From Acidobacteriota bacterium (GTDB taxonomy: Bacteria; Acidobacteriota; Vicinamibacteria; Vicinamibacterales; CAVVIG01), in the NCBI GenBank assembly GCA_025463215.1, contig JAOBWF010000296.1, positions 14,098 through 78,097 on the forward strand: a stretch of DNA of 64,000 bases, written 5' to 3'. This document shows positions 51,876-62,324 of this stretch, one piece after another (position 1 is the stretch's first letter; each line of letters opens with the position of its first letter). Under the pieces are notes generated by a model that did no database searches, was not told where the DNA came from, and saw nothing but the letters and a program-made list of their open reading frames with translations. The translations under genes were made by a program, and so were the position numbers.

Positions 51876-52174
51876 GGCCGGCTCCCCTCCGGGCGTTTAC
51901 CGGTCTTGAACATCTTGAGCATGCGATCCGTGATCAGGAATCCGCTGACGACGTTCGTCATCGACATGAACAGGGCGAGCGCACCGAGGCCGCGAATGTG
52001 CGGCGGATAATCTCCGCCGGCGACGAGAATCGAGCCGACGACCGCGATCGCGGAGATGGCGTTGGTGATCGACATCAGCGGGGTGTGCAGCAGCCGCGAC
52101 ACCCGGCGAATCACCCCGACGCCGATCAGCGAGGCGAGCACGAACACGTACAGCATCGCCCAGAAATCGATCAT
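51872..52174 (-). CDS. pntA: NAD(P) transhydrogenase subunit alpha part 2
   Basis: LLHTPLMSITNAIS, GFLITDRMLKMFK. Confidence 0.93.
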
Positions 52175-53343
52175 GGCACGGTGTCCGCGTGATGCTCCGC
52201 CTTCTGCAGGGCGTCGCGGGTGCGGGCGTGCGTCACCTCGCCGGCGTAGGTGATGAGCGAGTCCCGTTGAATCTCGTCCTGACGATCGAGCTGGAAGACC
52301 CGGTCTTTCGTGAACGCCTCGACGAAGGCCGTCAGGTTCCGCGAAAAGAGCAGGCTCGCATGGTACGGCAGCGTGGCAGGCAGGTTGAGCGGCGCGAGGA
52401 TGGTGACGCCGCCGGCGTGGACCGTCTCCCCTGGCTTCGTCAGCTCGCAGTTGCCGCCGCCGTCGGCCGCCAGATCGACGATCAGCGACCCGGCCTTCAT
52501 CGTCCTCACCGTGTCTGCGGTGATCAGCCGCGGCGCGAGCACACCGCCGATCAACGCGGTGGTGATCACGATGTCGGACTGGGCGCATTGCTCGGCCAGG
52601 AGCTGGCGCTGGCGCCGCTGGTCGTCGTCAGACAACGCCCCGGCGTAACCGCCCCCCGCAGCCGCGCTGTCCTTCAGCTCGATGCCGACGTACTTGGCGC
52701 CGACGCTTTCAATCTGCTCCTTGACCTCGGGGCGCACGTCGGTCGCGACGACAGTGGCCCCGAGCCGCTTCGCCGTCGCGACCGCCTGCAGGCCGGCGAC
52801 CCCGGCGCCGATCACGAACACTTTGGCGGGACGGACCATCCCGGCCGCGGTCATCAGCATCGGCAAGTACCGGTTGAACGCGACGGCGGCCAGGAGGACC
52901 CCCTTGTAGCCGCTGATGTTCGCCATTGACGAGAGCGTATCCATCGCCTGCGCGCGCGTCGTGCGCGGGATCGCGTCGGTCGAGAAGGAGGTGATCTTGC
53001 GGGCGGCGAGCGCGCGCACCGCCTCGAGATTCCGCAGCGGCATCAGCGAGCCCAGATAAATCGTTCCGGGCCGCATCGACTCGATCTCCAGCCGTTGCGC
53101 CGCACCGCTCGCCGGCACCGTCACCTTCAGCACCGCATCGGCGGAACCGACAAGCGACGCCGGATCGGATCCGACCGTGACGCCCAGCGCGCGGTATTCG
53201 TCATCCGGGAAGCCCGCGGCGGTGCCGGCCCCCGACTCCAGTGACATCTCATAACCGGTCGCGATCAGTTTCTTGCACGACTCGGGCACGAGCGCGACCC
53301 GGCATTCGGCCGGAGCGGTCTCTCTGGGGACGGCGATCCGCAT
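52171..53343 (-). CDS. pntA: NAD(P) transhydrogenase subunit alpha part 1
   Basis: MRIAVPRE, RAQAMDTLSS, GAGVAGLQA, GGNCELT. Confidence 0.95.
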   Translation of the reverse strand: MRIAVPRETAPAECRVALVPESCKKLIATGYEMSLESGAGTAAGFPDDEYRALGVTVGSDPASLVGSADAVLKVTVPASGAAQRLEIESMRPGTIYLGSLMPLRNLEAVRALAARKITSFSTDAIPRTTRAQAMDTLSSMANISGYKGVLLAAVAFNRYLPMLMTAAGMVRPAKVFVIGAGVAGLQAVATAKRLGATVVATDVRPEVKEQIESVGAKYVGIELKDSAAAGGGYAGALSDDDQRRQRQLLAEQCAQSDIVITTALIGGVLAPRLITADTVRTMKAGSLIVDLAADGGGNCELTKPGETVHAGGVTILAPLNLPATLPYHASLLFSRNLTAFVEAFTKDRVFQLDRQDEIQRDSLITYAGEVTHARTRDALQKAEHHADTVP

Positions 53344-53387
53344 CACGACTCCTTTGTCTATGCACATCCGGCGCGGCGCAGCCAGGG

Positions 53388-54584
53388 CTAGGCGGCAATC
53401 ATGCCGTTCGGATCGATGACGTATTTCCTTGCCGCGCCGGTGTCGAAGTCGTGGTAGCCGGCGGGGGCGTCGTCGAGGGTGATGACGGTGACATTCACGG
53501 CTTTCGCGATCTGGATTCTGTCGTGGAGGATGGCATGCATCAGCCGCCGGTTGTACTTCATCACCGGCGTCTGGCCGGTGAAGAACGAATGGCTTTTCGC
53601 CCAGCCCAGGCCGATGCGGATGCCGAGCGTCCCGACCCTGGCGCTCGGGTCGCTGGCCCCGGGGTCATCGGTGACGTAGAGGCCCGGAATACCGAGCGCA
53701 CCGCCGGCGCGTGTCGCCTCCATCAACGCGTTCAGCACCGTGGCGGCCTGTTCTCGCGCGGCATCCTTCCCCTGTCCGTGTGCTTCGAAGCCGACGCAGT
53801 CGACCGCGGAATCGACCTCGGGCACGCCGAGGATGGCGTCGATTTGCTGCGCCAGCGTCGCATCGCGCGTGAGGTCGATGGTCTCGCAGCCGAAACTGCG
53901 CGCGTGGGCGAGGCGAGCCGCATTCATGTCGCCCACGATCACGACCGCCGCGCCGAGCAGTTGACACGACGCGGCGCACGCCAGCCCGACCGGCCCCGCG
54001 CCGGCGACGTACACCGTCGATCCGGTTCCTACGCCCGCAGTCACCGCGCCGTGGTACCCGGTCGGAAAGATGTCGGTGAGCAGCGTCAGGTCCTTGATCT
54101 TCGCGAGGGCCTGGTCCTTGTCGGGAAACTTGAGCAGGTTGAAGTCGGCGTACGGAACCATGACGTATTGGGCCTGCCCTCCGATCCAGCCACCCATGTC
54201 GACGTAGCCGTAGGCGCCCCCAGGGCGCGACGTGTTCACGTTGAGGCAGATGCCCGTCTGCTGTTCCTTGCAATTGCGGCATCGCCCGCAGGCCACGTTG
54301 AAGGGGACGGATACGATGTCGCCGACGCGGATGAACAGGACATCGCGTCCGGCCTCGATGACTTCCCCGGTGATCTCGTGCCCGAGGATCAGGCCGGATG
54401 GCGCCGTGGTGCGGCCGCGCACCATGTGCTGGTCCGATCCGCAGATGTTCGTCGAGATGACCTTGAGAATGACGCCGTGCTCGATCGCTCGGCCGGTGGT
54501 CTCGTCCACGAACTTCGGAAAGTCGATCGATTCAACCTGTACTTCTCCTCGTTTGATGTATGCGACGCCGCGATTCGATGTCAT
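53388..54584 (-). CDS. fdhA: glutathione-independent formaldehyde dehydrogenase
   Basis: STNICGSDQHMVRGRT, GHEITGE, CGRCRNC, PGLYVTDDPG, GWAKSHSF. Confidence 0.93.
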   Translation of the reverse strand: MTSNRGVAYIKRGEVQVESIDFPKFVDETTGRAIEHGVILKVISTNICGSDQHMVRGRTTAPSGLILGHEITGEVIEAGRDVLFIRVGDIVSVPFNVACGRCRNCKEQQTGICLNVNTSRPGGAYGYVDMGGWIGGQAQYVMVPYADFNLLKFPDKDQALAKIKDLTLLTDIFPTGYHGAVTAGVGTGSTVYVAGAGPVGLACAASCQLLGAAVVIVGDMNAARLAHARSFGCETIDLTRDATLAQQIDAILGVPEVDSAVDCVGFEAHGQGKDAAREQAATVLNALMEATRAGGALGIPGLYVTDDPGASDPSARVGTLGIRIGLGWAKSHSFFTGQTPVMKYNRRLMHAILHDRIQIAKAVNVTVITLDDAPAGYHDFDTGAARKYVIDPNGMIAA

Positions 54585-54938
54585 GTCGATCTCCTCAGAA
54601 TCCCATCACGGGAGGTGACGAACGTTGGCCTGGTGCGCTCCTGCCAATCGTCCCCCGCGGCAACTCCCGCGCCATGTTTGGAGGGACGCCGGTCAACGAC
54701 AAGCCGGGCGCATGCATCCGGTCAGGTGCACACGGACGCGCACATCTGTGCACGGCTGCTCCGAGTAATACGCAACGCGAAGGATCGATCACGTCCGAGG
54801 ATGTCCGTGAGCTCTTGCGACAGTTCGATCGGTGCGGTGCGCGGATCGTGGCGCGCAAGTTGCGGCGCTCGCGTGCGGCACCTCGGAGCGCCACGGGTCC
54901 GGCACGGTCCGAACGGGGACGGCAATACAGGAGGGCTG

Positions 54939-56069
54939 ATGTCATCGGGTGATCGGAACGAGCTCTTCGACGCGACCGGGGCACCACGCGATCCCGCGCG
55001 CCGCGATTTCATCACTACCGCCGGGATGTTCAGCGCCGCCGCGGCCGTCGGCGCCGGCAGGGTTGGCGATGCCGAGGGGGAGCAGAGCGACCAGGGCTCC
55101 GGCGGGATGCCGGTGCGGCCTCTGGGCCGCACCGGCATCCGCATTTCCGCTCTCGGCGTCGGCGGCCACCACCTCGGCGATCTGTCCACGATGGACGAGG
55201 CGATCGGGCTCGTGCACGAAGCGGTCGATGCCGGCATCACGTTCTTCGAAAACTGCTGGGAGTACTACAACGGCAAAACCGAAACCTGGCTGGGACAGGC
55301 CCTCAAGGGACGCCGCGACAAGGTCTTCCTGATGACGAAGGTCTGTACGCACGGCCGGAGCGGCGCGCTCGCGATGCGGATGCTGGAAGAGTCGCTGCGG
55401 CGCCTGCAGACCGATCATCTCGACCTGTGGCAGATCCACGGCATCGTCTACGACAACGATCCCGAGCTGGCCTACGCCACCGGCGGTGTGCTCGAGGCCT
55501 TCGACGCGGCCAAACAGCAGGGCAAGGTGCGCTTCGTCGGATTCACCGGTCACAAGGATCCAGGCTTTCATCTGAAGATGCTCGCGCTCGGTTATCCGTT
55601 CGATACGGTGCAGATGCCGCTCAATCCGTTCGACGCCGCCTTCCACAGCTTCGAGCGGCAGGTCCTGCCCGAAGTGAATCGCCGCGGCATGGGCGCGCTC
55701 GGCATGAAGAGCATGGGCGGCACCGCCTGGGCGATCCAGCACGGCGTGGTCACCGCCGAGGAGCTGCTGCGCTACGCGATGAGCCTCTCCGTCAGCACGA
55801 CGATCGCCGGCATGGATTCGATCGATGTGCTTCGGCAGAACGTGCGGATCGCTCGCAGCTTCACGCCGCTGACCGACGCGGAGATGAACGCGCTGCGGGC
55901 GCGCTGCGCGGCGACCGCCGCCGATGGCCGGTACGAGCCCTACAAAGTGTCGCTCCGGTACGACAATCCGATGACGCGCCTGCCGCACGGGTTTCCGATC
56001 GATTCGACGCAACGAGAGGTCAGGGAAATGTTGGACAGGGGTGGGAACGGCAGCTGGGGGACCCGATAA
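54939..56069 (+). CDS. aldo/keto reductase with Tat signal (paralog 1)
   Basis: ARRDFIT Tat motif; FFENCWEY, MTKVC, WQIH, GFTGHKDP; RBS GGAGG. Confidence 0.88.
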   Translation: MSSGDRNELFDATGAPRDPARRDFITTAGMFSAAAAVGAGRVGDAEGEQSDQGSGGMPVRPLGRTGIRISALGVGGHHLGDLSTMDEAIGLVHEAVDAGITFFENCWEYYNGKTETWLGQALKGRRDKVFLMTKVCTHGRSGALAMRMLEESLRRLQTDHLDLWQIHGIVYDNDPELAYATGGVLEAFDAAKQQGKVRFVGFTGHKDPGFHLKMLALGYPFDTVQMPLNPFDAAFHSFERQVLPEVNRRGMGALGMKSMGGTAWAIQHGVVTAEELLRYAMSLSVSTTIAGMDSIDVLRQNVRIARSFTPLTDAEMNALRARCAATAADGRYEPYKVSLRYDNPMTRLPHGFPIDSTQREVREMLDRGGNGSWGTR

Positions 56070-56092
56070 CGCGTTGACGCCAAGGATGCACC

Positions 56093-57160
56093 ATGATGCG
56101 CGACACGCTTCACGATCCCGAACGGCGCCGTCTCCTGCACGCGGGCCTTGCGGGCGCAGGCGCCACCCTGGCCGCTGCGGTGCTGCCGGGGTCCGCCGCG
56201 GCGGCCCCGATCCCGACCGGCGCGCAAGGCGATACGGCCGCCGACATTCCGCGGCGGCCGCTCGGACGCACCGGCGAGCAGGTCTCGATCATCGGCGTCG
56301 GCGGCTATCACCTCGGGACGCTGCCGTCGGTCGACGCCGCGATGCGGCTCGTCCACGAAGCCGTGGACGCGGGCGTGAACTTCTTCGACAACGCATGGGA
56401 ATACAACGATGGCCGCAGCGAGGAGTGGCTGGGGCGAGCCCTCGAGGGACGGCGGGACAAGGTGCTGGTGATGACCAAAGTCTGCACGCACGGGCGCGGC
56501 AAGCAGGTGGCGATGCAGCAACTGGAGGAGTCGCTGAGGCGCTTGCGCACGGACCATCTGGATGTCTGGCAGATCCACGAAGTGATCTACGAGAACGATC
56601 CTGATCTCCATTTCGCCCCCGACGGCGTCGTCGCCGCGCTCGACCAGGCGAAGCAGGACGGCAAGGTCAGGTTCGTCGGCTTCACCGGCCACAAGAGCCC
56701 GGCCATCCATCTGCAGATGCTGGCGCGCCCCTATCCGTTCGACACGGTGCAGATGCCGCTCAATTGCTTCGACGCCACGTATCGCAGCTTCGAGCAGCAG
56801 GTGTTGCCGCGCGTCGTGCAGCGGCAGGCCGCCGCGCTCGGCATGAAGAGTCTCGGCGGCGACGGTCAGCCGATTCTGCACGGCGTGGTCACTGCCGGGG
56901 AAGCGTTGCGCTACGCGATGAGCCTGCCGGTGGCGACGACCATTACCGGCATCGACGCGCTCGAAGTGCTGCGTCAGAACCTGGCGATCGCGCGAGGCTT
57001 CGTGCCATTGAGCGCGTCCGACATGCAGGCTCTCCGCGAGCGCTGCGCCGCCTACGCGGCCGACGGACACCTCGAGCTGTACAAGTCGACCAAACGATAC
57101 GACGGTGGCGTGGGCCGCGACCAGCACGGTTATCCACCGTCGAAGGAACTTCCGTACTGA
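56093..57160 (+). CDS. aldo/keto reductase with Tat signal (paralog 2)
   Basis: ERRRLL Tat-like motif; FFDNAWEY, MTKVC, WQIH, GFTGHKSP. Confidence 0.88.
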   Translation: MMRDTLHDPERRRLLHAGLAGAGATLAAAVLPGSAAAAPIPTGAQGDTAADIPRRPLGRTGEQVSIIGVGGYHLGTLPSVDAAMRLVHEAVDAGVNFFDNAWEYNDGRSEEWLGRALEGRRDKVLVMTKVCTHGRGKQVAMQQLEESLRRLRTDHLDVWQIHEVIYENDPDLHFAPDGVVAALDQAKQDGKVRFVGFTGHKSPAIHLQMLARPYPFDTVQMPLNCFDATYRSFEQQVLPRVVQRQAAALGMKSLGGDGQPILHGVVTAGEALRYAMSLPVATTITGIDALEVLRQNLAIARGFVPLSASDMQALRERCAAYAADGHLELYKSTKRYDGGVGRDQHGYPPSKELPY

Positions 57161-57353
57161 AGACGGAGTCGAGGAGCAGGGTGTGTCGAAAGAACGTGCG
57201 TGCACACAACGAAGCGGGTGGGGAGACCACTTGTGCGCAGATCGAGACGGCGACCACACGCTGCCGGTCGCGGCAGCCGAACTTCTCGTGATGTTCCGCG
57301 TGGCGGCGGGCGGAACCGTGCTTGCGTCGAAATGATCCGGGTGCAGTAGCAAG

Positions 57354-57992
57354 ATGACCACGTTCAAGATCATCCCGGAAGTCTCGGCGGCGTTCTCCCG
57401 GCGCACGTTCATCAAATCGGTGATCGCCGGCAGCGCCGGCGTCGCCTCGGCGAACTATCTGTTCCGCGCCTCGTCGCTCGCCGGCCAGACCGGCGTCGGC
57501 GGCGGCGCAGAGCGGCTGATTACCTTGAACGTCAACGGCCGGCAGCGGCGGGTCGACGTCATGCGGCAGGAGACCCTGGCATGGACGCTCCGCTACAAGC
57601 TGGGCCTCACCGGCACCAAGCTGGGATGCGACCGCGCCGAGTGCGGCGCCTGCACCGTGCTGATCGACGACGTGCCGCACTATTCGTGTTCGATCCTGAC
57701 CCACACCGTCCGCGCCAGGAACGTCCAGACGATCGAAGGGCTGGCGAGCGCCGATGGAATGCTGCATCCGGTGCAGCAGGGCGTTGTCGACGAACAGGGA
57801 TTCCAGTGCGCCTTCTGCATGTCGGGGTTCGTCATGGCGACGGTCGGCTACCTCAAGACGCATGCCGCCCCCACGCGCGAGGAGCTCGCCCATGGCATCT
57901 CGGGGAACCTGTGCCGCTGCCAGGACTACGACAAGATTCTGACCGCGATGATGCGCGGCGCAGAGAACCTGAGAGGGGCGCAGCGTGGATGA
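57354..57992 (+). CDS. xanthine dehydrogenase family 2x[2Fe-2S] subunit with Tat signal (PaoA-like)
   Basis: SRRTFIK; GCDRAECGACTV, QCAFC, GNLCRC. Confidence 0.93.
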   Translation: MTTFKIIPEVSAAFSRRTFIKSVIAGSAGVASANYLFRASSLAGQTGVGGGAERLITLNVNGRQRRVDVMRQETLAWTLRYKLGLTGTKLGCDRAECGACTVLIDDVPHYSCSILTHTVRARNVQTIEGLASADGMLHPVQQGVVDEQGFQCAFCMSGFVMATVGYLKTHAAPTREELAHGISGNLCRCQDYDKILTAMMRGAENLRGAQRG

Positions 57993-60459
57993 GTACGGCA
58001 TCGGCCACAAACTGATCGGCAAGGACTATCCCACCGCCGACCTGCGGGCGAAGGTCACCGGCCAGGCGAAATACGCGGAGGACTATCGCGCCGAGGGCAT
58101 GCTGTTTTGCAAGCTGCTGCTCAGCCCACTGCCCCACGCTCGGATCAGGAGCATCGATGCGCGCGAAGCGCTCGCGATGCCTGGCGTCAAGGCGATCATC
58201 ACAGCCGACGATGTGCCGCCGCCAGCCGACAGCATCGACGACAACGGCAACGCCGTCCAGGCGAGCAAGTGGAGCGAGCGCGCGCTGACCAAGGAGCCGC
58301 TCTACCACGGCGAACCGGTACTGGCGGTCGCCGCCGTCGACGAGCTCACCGCGGCCGACGCGATCGAGAAGATTCACGTCGATTTCGAGCCGCTCCCCTT
58401 CGTGCTGGATCCGCTGGACACGCTGCGGCCGGGCGGCCCCAACGCGCGAACGGATGGCAACGTCTGGCAGGTGTTCGGCCTGCCGCGGCCGAAGGAAATA
58501 CAGCTCAAATGGACCGCGGCGGACATGGCCGACGCCAACGCCGGCCGTCTGCCGATGGGCGAAACCCCCGATGACTGGTCGTACGGCGATCTCGACGCCG
58601 GCTTCCAACGCGCCGCGCTGGTCCTCGACGAGTCGTTCGTCACGCCCGACGTGAGCCATCAGACGCTCGAGACCCGCAGCGCGATGGCGTACTGGCAGAA
58701 CGGCAAGGTGTATGTGCACACCGGCACCCAGAGCACGGTGCAAACCGTGCCCGCCCTCGCCCGCTGGCTGCATCTCGATCCCAGCAAGGTCGTCTTCATC
58801 AGCGAGTACACGGGCGGCGGATTCGGCAGCAAGGTCACCGGCGGCATTTCGATGATCATTCCGGCGCTGCTGTCGAAAAAGGCCAACGCGCCGGTGATGA
58901 TGCGCATCACGCGCGAAGAGGAGCATTACATCGGCCGCGCGCGCCCCGGCTTCCAGGGGCGGATGAGAGTCGGCTTCTCCGCCGACGGACGGATCACCGC
59001 CCTCGACATGTTCGTGATCTCGAACAACGGTCCCTACGAGGCCCAGGGCGACGCCGCCACGTCGGGTCGCATGGTCTCGCTGCTCTACCAGCCGCAGGCG
59101 ATGCGCTGGCGCGGGGTGACGGTGCTGACCAACACCCCGCCGCGCAGCGCGCAGAGCGCGCCAGGCGGCATGCAGGGCATCACGATCATCGAGCCGATCC
59201 TCGCCAAAGCGGCGCGCAAGCTGGGGCTCGATCAGGTCGCCGTTCGCCGCGTCAACTGTCCGGAGGGCAAGGCGCAGTTCGGACCGGTGATCAACGGCCA
59301 GCGGCAGCACGCGACGAGCGCCTTCATCAAGCAGGCGCTCGACCGCGGCGCCGAGCGGTTCAAATGGCGCGAACGGCTCGACCGCACGCCGAAGCAGCGC
59401 GGCACCAAGGTGCGCGGCGTCGGCGTCGCGGTGAGTTGTTACGTCGGCGGCACGACCGGGTTCGACGGATTGCTCGTGATCAAGCCGGACGGGCGGATCG
59501 CCTTTCACTCGGGGATCGGCAACCTGGGCACGGAGTCCGTGATCGACGTCCACCGCGTCGGCGCCGAAGTGCTCGGCGTGCCCTGGGAGAAGTGCGACAT
59601 CACCTGGGGCAGCACGGCGAAGAACCTCCCCTGGACGTGTCCGTCCGGCGGCAGCCAGACGACGCATGCGATGACGCGCGCGGCGCATGCGACGGCGATG
59701 GCGGCCCGGCAGCAGCTCCAGCAGATCGCGGCCAAGACGCTGGGCGGCCGGCCCGAAGACTACGAGGTCGCGAACGAGCGCGTCTTCCGCAAGGGCGGCG
59801 GGCGCGGCATGACGCTGGGAGAGGCCGCACGGCGCGCCATCGAACTCGGCGGCGTCTACGACGGCCACGAAGCGCCCGCCAACCTGAACAGCTTCACCAA
59901 GACGTCGATGGCGGCGATCGCGGGCCAGGGTCTCGTCGCGGCTGCCCGCGACGTCTACCCGCACGACGGCATGACGCATTCGTATGTCGCCAGCTTCGCG
60001 GAGATCGAAGTCGACGTCGAGACCGGCAAGTACTCCATCGTCGACTTCCTCGCCTATGCCGACGTCGGCACCGTGATCCATCCCAAAGCGCTCGGCGGCC
60101 AGGTGCTCGGGCGGTCGACGCTCGGCATCGGCCACGCGATCGGCCAGAAATGGGTATTCGATCCGCACTATGGCGAGCTGCTGTCGAAGCGGTTCTATCA
60201 GAACAAACCGCCGACGATTCTGGATGTCCCCGTCGACATGGACTGGGCCGCCCTCGACATTCCGGATCCGGAGACGCCGGTCGGCGCGCGAGGCATCGGC
60301 GAGCCCCCGGTGGGCGGCGGATGTTGCGCGATCCTGAACGCGCTCTCCGATGCGCTCGGCGACGAGATCTTCCGGCGCGCGCCCGTCAACCTCGACACGA
60401 TTCTCACGTCGCTCGAAGCGAAACGGCCGATCCAGCAGCCGCTGACGGCCCACATCTGA
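57985..60459 (+). CDS. xanthine dehydrogenase family molybdopterin-binding subunit
   Basis: KVTGQAKY, GGGFGSK, ARGIGEPP. Confidence 0.93.
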   Translation: MDEYGIGHKLIGKDYPTADLRAKVTGQAKYAEDYRAEGMLFCKLLLSPLPHARIRSIDAREALAMPGVKAIITADDVPPPADSIDDNGNAVQASKWSERALTKEPLYHGEPVLAVAAVDELTAADAIEKIHVDFEPLPFVLDPLDTLRPGGPNARTDGNVWQVFGLPRPKEIQLKWTAADMADANAGRLPMGETPDDWSYGDLDAGFQRAALVLDESFVTPDVSHQTLETRSAMAYWQNGKVYVHTGTQSTVQTVPALARWLHLDPSKVVFISEYTGGGFGSKVTGGISMIIPALLSKKANAPVMMRITREEEHYIGRARPGFQGRMRVGFSADGRITALDMFVISNNGPYEAQGDAATSGRMVSLLYQPQAMRWRGVTVLTNTPPRSAQSAPGGMQGITIIEPILAKAARKLGLDQVAVRRVNCPEGKAQFGPVINGQRQHATSAFIKQALDRGAERFKWRERLDRTPKQRGTKVRGVGVAVSCYVGGTTGFDGLLVIKPDGRIAFHSGIGNLGTESVIDVHRVGAEVLGVPWEKCDITWGSTAKNLPWTCPSGGSQTTHAMTRAAHATAMAARQQLQQIAAKTLGGRPEDYEVANERVFRKGGGRGMTLGEAARRAIELGGVYDGHEAPANLNSFTKTSMAAIAGQGLVAAARDVYPHDGMTHSYVASFAEIEVDVETGKYSIVDFLAYADVGTVIHPKALGGQVLGRSTLGIGHAIGQKWVFDPHYGELLSKRFYQNKPPTILDVPVDMDWAALDIPDPETPVGARGIGEPPVGGGCCAILNALSDALGDEIFRRAPVNLDTILTSLEAKRPIQQPLTAHI

Positions 60460-60474
60460 GGAAGGTCGCTCGTC

Positions 60475-61500
60475 ATGGCCGTGATCCGAGACGTCATGCC
60501 GGCGTTCGAGCTGGTGCAGCCCGGCTCCATCGCCGATGCGCAGAAAATCCTCGAGCGGCGCGGCGGCGAGGCATGGGTGCTGGCCGGCGGGATGGACAGC
60601 TTCGACTGGCTGAAAGATCGGATCAAGCGGCCGAGCGTGGTCGTCGATCTGAGCGGCATCGCCGAGCTCAAGGGCATCCGGACGACGGCCGACGGCATCG
60701 AGATCGGCGCAATGACGACGCTGACGGAGATCGTCACGCACCACGTGGTCCGGCAGCAATACGGCCTGCTCGCGCAGGCGGCGGAACTGGTCGCGTCGCC
60801 GCAGATCCGCAATCAGGGCACGATCGGCGGCAACGTATCGCAGGATGCGCGCTGCTGGTATTACCGGGCGGGCTGGCCCTGCTATCGCGCCGGCGGCAAC
60901 CTCTGTTACGCCGACACACCGGTGTCGCGCAATCGCGAGCACGCGATCCTCCACGCGAGACGGTGCGTCGCGGTGAATCCGTCGGACGCGGCCCCGGCGC
61001 TGATTGCCCTCGATGCGAAGTTCGTGATTCAGACGCCGAAGGGCGAGCGCGTGGTCGACGCCGAGGACTATTTCATCGGCCCCGATATCGACATCACGCG
61101 GCTGCACATCCTCCGCCCGGGAGACCTGCTCACGGCGATCCGGATCCCGGTGGCATGGTCCACCGCGGCCGGCGCGCGGTTCTATTTCGAGAAAGTGCGA
61201 GACCGGAACGTGTGGGACTTTCCGTTGCTGAACGTGGCGTCGGCGGCGGTGATCGCCGACGGACGGATCGAGCGGCTCCGCATCGCGGTCAATGGCGCGG
61301 CCGCCCGTCCGCTCAGGCTGAAGAAGGTCGAAGACGCCGTGCGCGGGCAGCCGCCGATCGGAGCCACCGGCGAGATGGCGGGGAAGCTGGCGATCCAGGG
61401 GGCGGTGCCGCTGCAGTTCAACGGCTACAAGATCCCGTTGATGCGGAATCTGGTGAAGCGCGCCATCGGCGGCGTCCAGGAGGACACGTGGGGATCCTAG
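60475..61500 (+). CDS. xanthine dehydrogenase family FAD subunit with [4Fe-4S] insert (PaoB/HcrB-like)
   Basis: LAGG, ASPQIRNQGTIGGN, RCWYY..C..C..NREHAI..C..PSD. Confidence 0.92.
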   Translation: MAVIRDVMPAFELVQPGSIADAQKILERRGGEAWVLAGGMDSFDWLKDRIKRPSVVVDLSGIAELKGIRTTADGIEIGAMTTLTEIVTHHVVRQQYGLLAQAAELVASPQIRNQGTIGGNVSQDARCWYYRAGWPCYRAGGNLCYADTPVSRNREHAILHARRCVAVNPSDAAPALIALDAKFVIQTPKGERVVDAEDYFIGPDIDITRLHILRPGDLLTAIRIPVAWSTAAGARFYFEKVRDRNVWDFPLLNVASAAVIADGRIERLRIAVNGAAARPLRLKKVEDAVRGQPPIGATGEMAGKLAIQGAVPLQFNGYKIPLMRNLVKRAIGGVQEDTWGS

Positions 61501-62306
61501 AGTGGGCGACCAGTCCGTGGGGGCAGCGCGTGCCGATTCACATCGCGTGGTTCCTGATTTACGTGGCGGCGATTGCCGGACTGCTGTTTCTGATGGTGCA
61601 CGCCACGTACGTGCGCTACTTCGCGAAGGACAAGCAGTTCGCCGGCGGCGCCTCGCCTGAAATCGCGAAGACCTTCCCCGCGCGGATTCCGCGACACTCG
61701 CTGGTCGCGCGGCTGTTTCACTGGATCATGGCCGCCTCGATGTTGACGCTGCTGTTCAGCGCCTTCCTGCCGAAACTGGGCGTCGAGTTCGACTGGGTGA
61801 CGTACCACTGGATCGCCGGCGCCGTCCTGACCGCGTCCATCATCTTTCACGTCATCCACGCCTCGTTCTGGCTCGACTTCTGGGCGATCTGGCCGGACCG
61901 CCAGGACATCACGGACGCGGCGAGAAGAACGCGGCGCTTCCTGGGCCTGAGTGCGCCACCGCCGAGAAAATTCGCCAAATATCCGCTCGACAACAAGCTA
62001 TACCACGGCGCGATTATCGCCACCGGTCTGACCGCGATCGGCACCGGTCTGTTCATGCTGGGTCGAGTACGCACGATCTTCCTTCCCCGCAATCCCTACG
62101 TGTTCGACGACATGACGTGGGGGCTGATGTACGTCCTGCATGGACTCGCGGGGGTCGGGCTGATCGCGCTGGTGATCATCCACATCTACTTCGCCATCCG
62201 GCCGGAGAAGGTCGAGATCACGAAGTCGATGATCTTCGGCACCATGGGCCGCGACTTCTATCTCAAAGAGCACGATCCCGAGCGGTGGCGGGTTCGGAAG
62301 GTGTGA
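61488..62306 (+). CDS. FdnI-like di-heme cytochrome b membrane protein
   Basis: RHSLVARLFHW, YHWIAG, LHGL, IIHIY; GTG start after GGAGGA; 3' part of ORF 59364..62306. Confidence 0.85.
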   Translation: MGILEWATSPWGQRVPIHIAWFLIYVAAIAGLLFLMVHATYVRYFAKDKQFAGGASPEIAKTFPARIPRHSLVARLFHWIMAASMLTLLFSAFLPKLGVEFDWVTYHWIAGAVLTASIIFHVIHASFWLDFWAIWPDRQDITDAARRTRRFLGLSAPPPRKFAKYPLDNKLYHGAIIATGLTAIGTGLFMLGRVRTIFLPRNPYVFDDMTWGLMYVLHGLAGVGLIALVIIHIYFAIRPEKVEITKSMIFGTMGRDFYLKEHDPERWRVRKV

Positions 62307-62324
62307 AGCCGGCGACGTTGTGGA

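Noticed and set aside
53241-54938. Apparent 942-aa fusion ending in an AKR
   Set aside because: The N-terminal part is antisense to fdhA; the real start is ATG 54939 with an RBS
57853-61107. 1084-aa minus-strand ORF
   Set aside because: Antisense shadow of the molybdoenzyme genes; no domain motifs; typical of GC-rich codon bias
59364-61487. Long N-terminal extension of ORF 59364..62306
   Set aside because: Arg-rich off-frame overlap of the Mo and FAD subunit genes; only the part from GTG 61488 is a real gene
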